Below are positions 1 through 13,000 of a stretch of DNA of 64,000 nt, piece after piece (position 1 is the first letter of the stretch; each line of letters starts with the position of its first letter). Below the pieces are notes generated by a model that searched no databases, was not told where the DNA came from, and worked only from the letters and a program-made list of their open reading frames with translations. The stretch is taken from the NCBI RefSeq assembly GCF_009914755.1, contig NC_060947.1; one strand, given 5' to 3'. This stretch comes from the human T2T-CHM13v2.0 reference genome, Homo sapiens. Made by a program: the position numbers and the translations under genes.

Positions 1-109
1 AGCCATTAAAACATCCAATAAACTCGGTGAGAGCCATCTGTGATTTCACCTTAGCTGGCTTAGCTGCTTTTCTCCTTTCAGAAGTGCATATCCCAAAGCT
101 GTATCTCCT

Positions 110-113
<4 letters not shown>

Positions 114-154
<41 letters not shown>
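114..154. repeat. (TG)n microsatellite
   Basis: About 20 uninterrupted TG units. Confidence 0.97.
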
Positions 155-155
<1 letters not shown>

Positions 156-1134
156 CGCTTGCTCTTGTTCAGTGCTTAATAACAGACTTACAAAAGCTTT
201 TAGTATACAACTAGATTTCCTTGATCACATTATGCTAGAATTTGGGTGACCTACTCCACACACAACACAGGAAATTGATGGTAACTTGTGAAGTGAGTAG
301 AAGTGACTGAATTTAATTTGGAAGAGTCCCCAAAAAACAATTAGTTTAGCTTGAAATTCTTATAAGGAGAGTTTTGGGTACTGTTAGGTTTCATTTTATT
401 TGCCTATACTCCAGAAAAAAAAAAAAAACTACGTCAAAACTATTGTGATGAAAGCTAGTGATCTTTAGCACATCAAAACTTGTTCAAAATGCTTGCATCT
501 GATCTCACACAATAGGGATATTCACACAAAATATCTGTATAGAAATCATGTTTTAAAAATTAAGAAACAAAATACATGAAGAAAGTAACTTTCGGGTGAA
601 TCATATAGTGCATCATTATGTAACATCAAATAAGCCTTTGATATTTCCTCATTTTTCTTAGATTTTTATACACTGGCTCTATCTGTAGAAAGTAGGCTGG
701 AAGGGAAATATTCTTATAGGACACAAATTGAAATAGTTTCTTTTAGTTGATCCCTTAAATTCTCTTAGTAATAGTCAAAGAATTATGTATGGGTTTACTT
801 TTTAAATGGATTTACACATTTAATGAAACCATGTAAGATGAAACTAGGATATTTATCATTTGGCATCGTATTTTCATTAGTTGACAGAAAAAAATCATTT
901 TGTAGAACTTATTTTAAAGGCATTTCATACTGTTAAAAAGGAACAGCTTTCAAAATACAAATCAAGTATATAAATCCATTAAGTGCAGTCACATCAATAC
1001 TTAGGTCAAAACCATCACATGACACATAGTACTATAAGATCATACTTAAAATCCCTCTTATCTGTAAGTCTTTATATTAACTGCTTAGAATTGCAGCTGT
1101 CTCCCTTATTTTTCTCTAAGTCTTCGTAGACATC

Positions 1135-1140
<6 letters not shown>

Positions 1141-1180
<40 letters not shown>
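1141..1180. repeat. (AT)n microsatellite
   Basis: 20 perfect AT units. Confidence 0.97.
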
Positions 1181-1182
<2 letters not shown>

Positions 1183-2280
1183 TAAATGTCAGAAGGATAG
1201 TGTTGTTTTCATATACAGTGGAAATATACTTATACTTAAAAATACATTGTTCCTATGGAAATTAATCTCTGGAGGTTTAGATTAAAGAAAAATATTATTC
1301 GGGTATGAGATGAAAGCTATATAAAATGACTAATTTTATTTCAATTTTATAATCATTCAGGGCTACATCTTTCAACCTTATCTCTAAAATATGCAAGTAG
1401 ATAGCAGGACAATACTAGAGTGCCGTGTTAATTCCCTTTGCTAATGTACTGGCAGTCAAAACTGAAAGGCTACAATTTTATGAAAGCAAGAATAAATTGC
1501 ATGTAATCCTGGCCTTTACAATGAAAGTCAAACTTAACCCTAAATGAAATTCCTAAATTTTTAGGGCCTCTTTTATCCCAAAATGCAAAGGCCAGTTTTG
1601 TCATACATGATGAATTAGATGCGCCACGTTCTTGTATTAACCTCCAAAGAAGGCAACTCTTGGTATTCTAAACATCTTTTTAAGTCAGAAGACAAGTATA
1701 TGATAATAAATCTCTGAAATTGTTATGGGCAAAATTTTCTGGTGTTCTAAAAATGCAGCCTATTTGCCAGCATCTTATAATAAATATTATAAGTAAAAAA
1801 TAATGGTAAATTTATAGTTTTGTTGCAAAGAAAGAATTATAGTAGGCTCTTACGAAAACTAAAATTTGTCTTCTAAGTTCAGATAATCGTAGGATGAAAC
1901 CGAACCTTTACCCATTTTGAAATTGCTGCATGTTTCCAAACCCATCTTGGACTTTCTATACCCTACTTCTCAGCTCTGTTTCTAGTTGCGCTGCCAGATT
2001 TCAGTTTAGCCATTTAGTACCAACTACTTTTGGCATGAAACAATGATTCAGGAATTAGCTAGACAATTGTTAGTGTTTAGGTGCTATAACTACATTATAC
2101 TTTTAATTGGGACACACAACACAAAGAATGGATAAGGAAGATTTTATACATACACATGCTGAATCCTCTCCGTGGTGAAACGGAATACTCAGAGCCATTT
2201 TATTTAGTACACTAGGATGTGTTTGGGGTATTTTTTTGTTGGTTGTACTCCTCACAGTACCCCTTTAGATATAGACATTA

Positions 2281-2345
2281 TTGTGATTCCCATTTTACAG
2301 ATAAGGAAGAACAAGTGAGTTAAATTATTGACCCAGAATCACATA
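2281..2345 (-). mobile_element. MIR fragment
   Basis: MIR core-like ATTCCCATTTTACAGATAAGGAA...GTTAAATTATTGACCCAGAATCACA. Confidence 0.5.
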
Positions 2346-2666
2346 TCTTGGAAGTGCACATTTATTTTGCCTTAACTAAATATTAAATTTTGCCTTTTCA
2401 CACTCCTATTATCAGGGATATTATAATTTATATTTTAAACATTGTACTATTAAAGTTGATGCTGAAAAAGCTTTCTCAGTACCATGATCTTATTCATAAC
2501 ATAGTTATTGAACTGCAAAATGTTGGAATCCCATGCAAAGTTAATTAAAATATATATCATACTTGACTGCAAGTATTGTAAATGACCATAAAAAATATAA
2601 GAAAGCTGTGCTTCTGTCATATGTTCTTGATGCCTGGAGTTTGAATTTGGATTCAAACCTGTTTCC

Positions 2667-2669
<3 letters not shown>

Positions 2670-2710
<41 letters not shown>
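2670..2710. repeat. (TA)n microsatellite
   Basis: About 20 perfect TA units. Confidence 0.97.
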
Positions 2711-2711
<1 letters not shown>

Positions 2712-4708
2712 CTATTTAAAATAATGTACTAGGAAGGATTTGTGATATATTTATCTTTATGTGAAGGACAGGTTGAGGCAATATATATTTTTAAAATTTA
2801 GCAGTAATTTGCATCTCATTAATTCTGATTTTCCTTCTCTTACCTTTCTCTCTGACTGATTCTCACTGTTTTCTTCTTTTGTTTATAATCACTGTGACTA
2901 TTCAAAATTCGTCCATACTTATAGAGATAGTTTAGTAACGCATGCTTGCAGGTGTTCAAATGGAAGCAGGTCAAGTTTAAAAATCCTGAAGATACAATTT
3001 TTATTTTTGTATTATGAGCATGTGTTTTCTTGCCTGGTTACATGCTTCAATTCTTGGGGTTGAGAGCATGAAATTTAACTCCAGAACACCTAATGCACAG
3101 GAATCCCTAGAAAATGATAAACCCCAGGTATATGTAGTACAAAGCTGATCCTGGGTAATTAATGGTCAGTCAGGAAGTGCAGTTACTGCAAAGAGCATGC
3201 TACCTAAGAATTCCTCTATATTCATATTCATGCTGAGACTAGATACAAAATTTTTATAAAAATTTTGACATGTGTGCATTTGAGTGTGCAAGCTAGGGGA
3301 AAGTTTGTGTTGGGGGGGTGCAGCAGTCTAAAAAATCTTGATATTAGACTCCAAGAAATGATTATTATCAACATCACTCAAGTGCAAATCTTGATGCGAA
3401 GGGCATACAAAAAGCTGTAGGTAAGAAGCAATTCAAGAATATAGAGTGCAGAAGTCATCTATTTCTCTATAGTCACATTCAGGGAACATTTATACACTTC
3501 CAAGATGTGTTTTGCATACATACACTGTACAAAATTTTTGTCATTTTTAAGATGCACCTAGTAATTGGAGGGAGTTTTATATTTAAAACTCATATTCTAT
3601 ATGGTTATTTTAGCCACGACTGATAAAATTTTGTAGCTAAAAGTTGATATTATTTTGCAGTTTGAGATTTAGAAGAAAAGAAATCATAGAGAGGAGAAAA
3701 TGCCCATACAGATTTTTCTCAAGAAGACTACAGGATGAGGCTCTCAGTTAGGAATTCTTTTCTCTACCAGTCTCCTGGGGACATAAAGAGTAATTTTCCT
3801 CCAGGCCTTGGCATGGCAAATGCACAAAAATTAGTGAATCTAGTCATTTCCAATTCACTCACTGGTGTGTGGGATATGGTTGCCTTAAACCATATTCTCT
3901 TTAAGTACGTACACACTTCCAGTAACTTGGGCAACATACTGGTATCCTCCCAATTACCCAAATTTCTGGAAATCAGAAGCCAATCCTGTTTTTATTTCAA
4001 AAATCAGATCTAATTCCTTAGATGGAAATGCCTTCTAGGCATTCTGTTATGAGGCATTCCATGCTACCAATGTCTCCTTCCTAATCTAGGCTCCTGAGAC
4101 CTCTGAAATGTTTTACATTTTGTTATATGCTATATGGTATCCTATGTTTTAGGATTTCCTAGAAGCAAATTTAAGGTACTTGCTTTGTTTTTACTTCATT
4201 CTCATGTAAGCAGTCTTACTATTCTTGGATCCTTAACTTCCAATACTATGCTTTAATTAAGAGTTTTTAGTTATTATGATACAATTATTTTTAAATGAAA
4301 TCATTAATTTTTACCAAGGAAACCTTAAGTCAACATTTTCCCTTTAAAAAAAGAAATGCTATTTAAAATTGGCACAATAAAGTCAGCAATCAAAGCAAAA
4401 GAAAAATCTGTGTTTAAATAATAGTTGACAATTCTGCCCACCACATTATTTCCAATTCCATGTTCTGTTACAGCCAGAAAGGAAGCGACTAAACTCATGC
4501 AGCTTATCTCGGCGTGCTAGGGGTAATGGACTGTGGGATAAGTGATGGCATGTACAGAAGAAACGTAAAATTCCACAGTTGCTCTGACAATGTACCTTGG
4601 GTTTGGAATTCAATACAGTAGTTGTTATGGTTATACAGGCTGTGCTCTGTCCTACACTAAGATGTTGCAATCAGATGATACATTTATATTAGTTGAATAT
4701 GTTATAAC

Positions 4709-5168
4709 TGTTAAAGAAAAGCATTATTTATAACAGTTGTTAAATAAGGTGAGGAAGGTCCTAAGGAGGGACCATTGCAATAGGTGTAGGGACCACTGCA
4801 ATGGGAACTTGCGGTGCAGTGGGGAAGAAAGATTGGGCTTGACTCTGATTCCAACAAGGACAAGTGGAGATTGATATCCAAGGAGCAGCATGGGGTCAGT
4901 GGATAGAATATTACTAAGAGGAAACATCAGGCGTAAGGAGGATTCCTGCTATGCCAACTCAACAGACTTCTTGCTGAAGACAGGCCAGGATGATAAGATA
5001 TAGAAGGTGAGGATAAGGACAGACACCAAGGATGGGGGACTTTCTTTAAACTAATTTAGCAGGATTCTTACTCAAACTGGATTCTACAAGGATAGAGGGA
5101 AACCCAAGATCAGGTCTCGTCGAGCAGAGGCCTCAGAGGAGCCTGAATAAGAGAGAGTATTTGTTACA
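4709..5168 (-). mobile_element. ERV1 solo LTR, MER31-like
   Basis: TG...CA termini; motifs GGACCACTGCAATGGG, GGAGCAGCATGGGGTCAGTGGATAGAATATTACTAAGAGGAAACATCAG and CTTGCTGAAGACAGGCCAGG resemble reverse-complement MER31. Confidence 0.7.
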
Positions 5169-5634
5169 ATATACAAATACATACACAAAGCCAGTACTTT
5201 GCAGTTCAGCACTTCCCATGTTATTGGGTCCACAGAAAAAAGAGACTGTTATGGAATGGGTCTGTCATATTGAAGACTAAAGTGCATGGAGGGAGCAGTA
5301 AGAAGCTATTATGATCTTTGGGGGTTGCTTATCTCAAGGAAGATTCTGACAAAGATGAATTGAAACAATAACAGCTTAACAAGTACAGGACAAGACAAAA
5401 ACAGCCAAATTATAGTTAAACAGACAAAAAATTACCAAGCATTTTTTGAGGAGGCAGATATAGAGGGAAAAAAAAACTTACAAAAGAAAATGCTGTCGCT
5501 TCTGAATAGATGAGATAACCCTGAGAGATAATATTAATAACATAGGCTAAAGCATTTGGAATTTGATTGCATCTTATCATTGTAAAATAAAGACTAGTGA
5601 CTAGGAAAAAACATTAAAACAAATTCGTACAAGT

Positions 5635-5800
5635 AGTTTGATGGAGTGGAAAAATACTTTATTAGAAGTCAAGTGTTGAGGATTCAGACTCAATGCTACT
5701 TTTGTCACCTGGGTAACTGTGATAAATCACTCGGCTTCTAGCGCTGTTTTCTCTGCTGTAAAATTAAGTTAGATTAAATGATCTTTAAAATTCATTCCAG
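5635..5800 (+). mobile_element. MIR/MIR3 fragment
   Basis: Degenerate core TTTTCTCTGCTGTAAAAT...TTAGATTAAATGATCTTTAAAATTCATTCCAG. Confidence 0.5.
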
Positions 5801-6254
5801 ACATATTTGATGGTTTTGTATGTGATAATTTTAATGATTTTATATTTATATTTGAGAATTTATATTTGAGAATAGATTTATATTTTTAATCAGATACAAA
5901 CTATAATTATTTAATTAATTGGTACTATAAAATTTCAGTAAAAAAGAACTATCACAGTTGCTTAAAAAGCTGGCTGGGATTTTCATAAGCAGACAGAAAA
6001 AGGGTGACAAAAAGAATTCTAATAGGAGGAATAACTGGAGTGATCAGGAGAAGTGGGATGGCTAGTAGATGGGCCAATAATAAGAGCGGCCTGACAGAAA
6101 TACAGTAGACAATGACACATCATATGGGGATTGTGTGATTTAATGATTTATACTAGCATGTTAAATTCTTGTAGAATGTATTTCAAGACAAAACTATATT
6201 TCAGCATTTCAAAATGTATTTCAAATCATGCAATATTTGTATTTATTGTCATTC

Positions 6255-6805
6255 TTTAATTTAATTTTATTTATTTCAATAGCTTTCAGGGTACAAGTAT
6301 TTTTTGGTTACATGGATGAATTGTCTAATGGTGAAGTCTGGGATTTTAGTGCACCCATCACCTGAGTAGCGTACACTCTACTCAATAGGTAGTTTTTAAT
6401 CCCTCATCTCCCTCTCACCCTCTCTTCTTCTGAGTCTCCTATGTCTTTCCATTATACCAGTCTATATACTTTTGCATATCCATAGCTTAGCACCCACTTA
6501 TAAGTGAGAACATGCAGTATTTGGTTTTTCATTCCTGAGTTACTTCACCTAGAATAACAGCCACCAGTTCTACCCAAGTTGCTGCAAAACACATTATTTT
6601 ATTATTTTTATGGCTGATTAGTATGCTATGGTGTATACCACATATATATCAATGTGGTATATATATATATATAAATGTGATTGATATATATATATAAATG
6701 TGATATATATATATACACACACACATATATATCACATTTTCTTTATCCACTCATTGATTGATGGGCACTTAGGTTGATTCCTTATCTTTGCAACTGTGAA
6801 TTGCA
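6255..6805 (-). mobile_element. L1PB 3' end fragment
   Basis: T-rich tail, then TTTGGTTACATGGATGAATT...GGTGAAGTCTGGGATTTTAGTGCACCCATCACCTGAGTAG typical of the L1PB 3' UTR; internal TA-rich expansion at 6641-6735. Confidence 0.8.
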
Positions 6806-8706
6806 AAAGCACAAAATATTTTTAGGTAAACAGCTATAAATTAGAATATTTTGTTCTTTCCATTAGAGTGTAAGCTCCATGTGATCATTGTCCGCTTTGT
6901 TCCTTCTGTATTCCTAACATGTAGAAAAGTGGCTGAAATATAAGCACATTTTGCCTATGTTAGAGTGTGCTTTAAATAAGTCAGAATTGGTTTTTACATC
7001 TTGAAAAATGGGATATTTTATGTTAAAACAACCTCGCAAAATCACTCCCATGTATAGAGAGACATAAGGAAGATACAATTGCTATGAGCAACCTTATTTT
7101 TTCAAAATGAGAACTAGACATTTTTGTAGCTTTTCAACTACAGGCATTTATGACTGTATCCTATGTATTAGCAAATAACAGATCTTTGTTTTTCAGGTAG
7201 AAATAGTAACTAGCCATCCATAACGTATTATTTTTCTCTCAGGACGCTGTGTTAAATATGAGTGTACTTATATTGTAAAACAACCTCTACCACTAGAGTA
7301 AAAGCCATTTGAAAGTCAATGCACTACAACTGCTGTTTGCTATGGAACACTGTGCAAGAGAGTACTATTTGAAATATTTGAAACACTTTATTACAGCAGG
7401 ACAGGAGGTCAACTGATAGTAACAGAATTTATGTGGACTTCATTTTCTGCAGACTTGGAGAGTAGCCTTTCTATTTTTCCATGTGATTTTTAAAGTCATA
7501 ATTCTAAATATGTCAACATTCATAATAGATCTAGAAATTATTTACATAATCATCAATACTGAAAAGGAAGGGGCAGGCATTCTTTGGACACAAATTAGCA
7601 TCATAGAGGATTATGAAATTTGGCCATTCTGTGTATTAAATTTCCATTTTAAAGTAATGTTACTAGTGTTGAATCTTTTCTTCTCTGATGCATCAACTAT
7701 TCCAGTCATCTAAAATTCATTTTTAGCTGAACAAATTTCCATGAAATTATTGTGACTTCTGACAACTTTATTTTTTCTAGTTATTGCAGTCCAACAATCA
7801 CATAATAAACATCACATAAATTGCATGAATTTTTCTCCTATTGAATTAATAAAGCCATGGAGCAAATTATATTTTCTGATGATCCTTAGGTAAGGATTTG
7901 GAAATTTCTTACATTTTCATTATTAAGGATAAAGAATCACCCGTTAGCACTGGTGGGTAGGAAAGCTTCCAGTTGCTCTGTCAGGAGCCCTGGCCTGCTG
8001 AAGTTGTAGAGTATTCTAGCTGCAGTAGCAAAGCCTACACCTGCTCATTGGTATGGCTGCTGCTATGGCAATATTATGGGTGTGGTAATTGGTTCTTCCC
8101 TACTTTTCACAAGTGCTAATGGTCACCAGAGCTGGATGCCAGAAAGAAAACTCCCCTAAGTATCCCGAAAACATCCTCTACCTCTCTGCCATTTCTGTCT
8201 ATAGGAAATTGGGCTTCATGGTAATTCACATTGTAGCAAACTTTCGTGAATATCTGTTCCGTATCAAAAAATATATGCACTAAAAATACACTTTAAAAGA
8301 TCTATTGCTTTTTATTTTAATTGGATATTTATTGCAGTTTAAAGTTGATTTGGCAGTTGATTTTATTAATGAGTAGTCCCTTCAATGTAAAAGTAATAAC
8401 ACTTGACTTCTACTTTGGGATGTAATGTTTGAGGTAAGTTGAACAAAAGAAATTTTATGATTTTTCTTAACTATTTAAATTAGACAACAAGCAGTGTTTT
8501 TCTGTCTGTCCCTTGAGTCAGTTGTAAAACTTTCCATTCTAGCTGAAAAGAAGTTACCATTTGTGAACTTTGAAAAATATAAAACTGCCAAAGAATGAAT
8601 AACTCTAGAATATAATAGCTGTTTTAATGCATTTTTCCTATAACTATATTGGAAGGGGAAAAATCATATTTACTTTGGGACATATTAATCAGCTAGGAAT
8701 AACAGT

Positions 8707-9470
8707 TAGTACAACCCACTACAGAGAACAGTTTGGAGGTTTCTCAAAAAACTAAAAATTGAGCTACCATATGATCCAGCAATCCCACTCCTGGGCATAT
8801 ACTGAAAAGAAAAGGAATCAGTACATCGAAGAGATAACTGTACTCCTATGTTTGTTGCAGCATTGTTTACAATAGCTAAAATTCAGTAGAAACCTAAGTG
8901 TCCATAACAGATGAATGGCTAAAGAAAATGTGGTACATATAAACAATGGAGTACTATTCAGCCATCAAAAAGAATGAGATCCAGTCATTTGCAACAGCAT
9001 GGATGGAACTGTGGAACTGGAGATCCTTATGTTAAGTGAAATAGCCCAGGCACAGAAAGACAAACATGACATGTTCTCATTTATTTGTGGGATCTAAAAG
9101 TCAAATCAATTGAACTCATGGACTTGGAGAGTAGAAAGATGGTTACCAGAGACTGGGAAGGTAGTAGGGAGTGTGAGGGAGGTGGGGGTGGTTAATGGGT
9201 ATGAAAAAATGGAAAGAATGAATAAAACCTGATATCTGATAACACAATAGGTTGACTATAGTCAATAATAATTATATATTTTAAAGTAAAGAGTGTAATT
9301 GAATTGTTTGTATCTCAAAGGATAAATGCTTGGAAGGATGGATACCCCATTCACCATGATGTCATCATTTTACATTGCATGCCTGTATCGAAACATCTTA
9401 TATACACCATAAATATATACACCTACTATGTACCCACAAACATTTTTTTAAATGTAAAAATTAAAAAGAG
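8707..9470 (+). mobile_element. L1MA1-3 3' end (ORF2 C-terminus + 3' UTR)
   Basis: GAGCTACCATATGATCCAGCAATCCCACT...ACCTACTATGTACCCACAAA followed by A-rich tail. Confidence 0.85.
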
Positions 9471-10057
9471 AAACTAATCAAAATCTAAGCAGAGGGACCT
9501 TGAAGAGGTATCAGAGCGATAATTTTACTAAGGAAAAATAAACAGGCAGATTTTGTCACTAAATAATCACCAGGGTACCCAAGTAAAAATTCTGCATTTT
9601 ATATTTAGAAGCAAGTTGGCACAGGGCTGAAACATCAGAAATTCAGTATCCACCAGTAATTTCTTGTTATTGCTAATTCTCATTAGAGGTCTAACCACAA
9701 ATTGCTATCTACCTTTGACATTTAGATCTTGTTCCTCCATGCATCTTAGTATCTTACATATGAGTTTTATTTTTCTGTAAGTACTATATCCATGTATGCA
9801 GATCTTTATTATACATTGTTTTAATATTCTCTATTTACACTGGGAATCAGGTAAAATCAGTTTGTTACTTTGCTGTTATTTAGAAGTGAGGTCTAGAAGT
9901 CAGAGAGTTTCTTAAAAAGTTTTAGTATGTAGCTTTGGTAATATGAGCCAAGCTGACATCTACAAGAGCACAAAATAAATATCTATTATATGCACAAATG
10001 ACAACATAATAGTAAAGTTGACCGTATTATGAACATTAGTTCACAATCTTAGCATGT

Positions 10058-13000
10058 ATTTTTTTTTCTTCAACTTTATTTTAAGTTCAGGAGTATATTG
10101 CAGGATGTGCAGGTTTGTTACATAGGAAAACGTGTCCCATGGTGGTTTGCTGCACAGATCATCAGATCACCTAGGTATTAATCCCAGCATCGATTAGGTA
10201 TTTTTCTGGTGCCCTCCCTCCCCTTCCCCCTACCACGACAGGCCCCAGTATGTTGTTTTCCCCCACGTGTCCATAATTGTGGTCCCATAATTCAGCTCCC
10301 ACTTATACATGAGAACGTGTGGTGTTTGATTTTCTGTTCCTGTGTTAATTTGCTGGGAATGATGGCTTCTAGCTTCATCCATAAAAGACAAGATCTCATT
10401 CCTTTTTATGGCTGCATAGTATTCCATGGTGTATATGTACCACATTTCCTTTATCCGGTCTATCATTGATGGGCATTTGGGTTGATTCCATGTCTTTGGT
10501 ATTGTGAATAGTGCTGCAATGAACAGAGGCATGCATGTATCTTTATAAGAGAATAATTTATATCCCTTTGGGTATATATCCAGTAATGGGATTGTTGGGT
10601 TAAATGGTATTTCCACCTCTAGGTCTTTGAGGAATCACCACACTGTCTTCCACAATAGTTGAACTAATTTACACTCACACCAACAGTGTAAAAGCATTCC
10701 TTTTTCTCCACAATTTTACCAGCATCTGTTGTTTTTTGAATTTTTAATAATAGCCATTCTGGATGACATGAGATGGTATCTCACTGTGGCTTTGACTTGC
10801 CTTTCTCTAATGATCAGTGATGTTGAGCTTCGTTTCATATGTTTTTTGCCTACATGTATGTCTTCTTTGGAGAAGTGTCTGTTAACGTCCTTTGCTTACT
10901 TTTTGATGGAGTTGTTTGTTTCTTTCTTGTAAATTTGTTTAAGTTCCTTGTAGACTCTGGAATTTAAGCCTTTGTCAGATGGATAGATTGCAAAAATTTT
11001 CTCCCCTTCTGTAGGTTGTCTCTGTTGATAGTTTCTTTTGCTGTGCAGAAGCTCTTTCATTTAATTAGATCCCATTTGTCAATTTTTGCTATTGTAGCCA
11101 TTGCTTTTGGCATTTTCATCATGAAATCTTTGCTTGCACCTATGTCCTAAATCATACTGCCTAGATTTTCTTGTAGGGCTTGTATAGTTTTGGGTTTTAT
11201 ATTAAGTCTTTAATCCATACTGAGTTAACTTTTGTGTAAGGTGTAAGGAAAAAGTTCTAGTTTCAATTTTCTGCGTATGGCTAGCCAGCACTCCCAGCAC
11301 CAGTTATTAAATAGGGAGTCTTTCACCATTGCTGGCTTTTGTCGATTTTGTCAAAGATCAGACAGGTGTAGTTGTGCAATCTTATTTCTGAGTTCTCTAT
11401 TCTGTTCCATTAGTCTATGTGTCTGGTCTTGTACCAGCACCATGCTTTTTTGGTTACTGTAGCCTTGTAGTATAGTTTGAAGTTGGGTAGCATGATGCCT
11501 CCAGCTTTTTGATGTGAGCATTTAATGCTATAAATTTCCCTTTGGCGGTGTCCCAGAGATTCTGGTACACTGTCTCTTCATTCTCAGTAGTTTCAAAGAA
11601 CTTCTTGATTTCTACCTTAATTTCATTATTTACCCACAAGACATTCAGGAGCAGGCTGTTCAATTTCCATGTAGTTGTGTGGTTTTGAGTGAATTTCATA
11701 ATCTTGAGTTCTAATTTGATTGTGCTGAGAGACTGTTTATTATTATTTCAGTTCTTTTCATTTGCTGAGGAGTGTATTACTTCCTATTATGTGATCAATT
11801 TTAGAGTAAGTGCCATGTGGCAACGAGAAGAATGTATATTCTGTTGAATTTGGGTGGAGATTTCTGTAGATTTCTATTAGGTCCACTTGATCCAGAGCTG
11901 AGCTCAGGTCCTGAATATCTTTGTTAATTTTCTGTCTTGATGACATGTCTAATATTGTCAGTACATGTTAATGTCCCTCACTATTATTGTGTGGGAGGCT
12001 AAGTTTCTTTTTACATCTCTAAGCACTTGCTTTATGAATCTGGGTGTTCCTATATTGGGTTCATATATATTTAGGATAGTTAGCTTTTGAATTGAAACTT
12101 TTACCATTATGTAATGCCCTTCTTTGTCTTTTTTAAATCCATATTGGTTTAAAGTCTATTTTATTAGAGACTAGGATTGCAACCCCTGCTTTTTTCTATT
12201 TTCCATTTGCTTGGTAAATTTTCCTCCATACCTTTATTTGAGCCTATGTGTGTCTTTGCACATGAGCTGGGCCTCTTGAAGGCAGCATACCAATGGGTTT
12301 GGCTCTTTATCCATCTTGCCATTCTGTGTCTTTTAATTGGGGCATTTAGCCCATTTACATTTAAGGTTAATATTGTTATGTGTGAATTTGATCCTGCCAT
12401 CATGATGCTAGCTGGTTATTTTGTAGTCTTGTTTATGTAGTTGCTTCATAGTGTCACTAGTCTGTGTACTTTAGTGTGTTTTTGTAGTGGCTGGCAATAG
12501 TTTTTCCTTTCCATATTTAGTGCTTCCTTCAGGACCTCTTACAAGGTAGGCCTGGTGGTGATGAATTCCCTTAGCCTTCGCTTGTCTGAAAAGGATCTTA
12601 TTTCTCCTTCACTTACGAAATGTAGTTTGGTCAGATACAAAATTCTGGGTTGGAAATCCTTTTCTTCAAGAATGTTGAATATTAGCCCCCAATCTCTTCT
12701 GGCTTGTAGGATTTCCACTGAGAAGTCTGCTGTTAGTCTGATGGGTTTCCCTTTGTCAGTAACCTGGCCTTTCTCTCTAGCTGCCCTTTTAACATTTTTT
12801 CTTCCATTTTGATCTTGGATAATCTGATCATTATGTATCTTGGGGTTGATCTTCTCATGGAGTATTTTACTGGGGTTCTCTGGATTTCCTGAATTTAAAT
12901 GTTGGCCTGTCTTGCTAGGTTGGAGAAGTTCTCCTGCATGATATCCTGAAATATGTTTTCCAAGTTGGTTCCATTCTCCCCATCTCTTTCCAGTACCCCA

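Noticed and set aside
7185-7460. Several + strand acceptor-like sites (TTTTTCAG, TCTCTCAG, TTCTGCAG)
   Set aside because: No paired strong donor with an open, recognisable coding frame; expected by chance in T-rich DNA.
11495-11520. L1 internal deletion as a spliced L1 RNA
   Set aside because: The upstream breakpoint lacks a GT donor in the recalled consensus; microhomology explains the join better.
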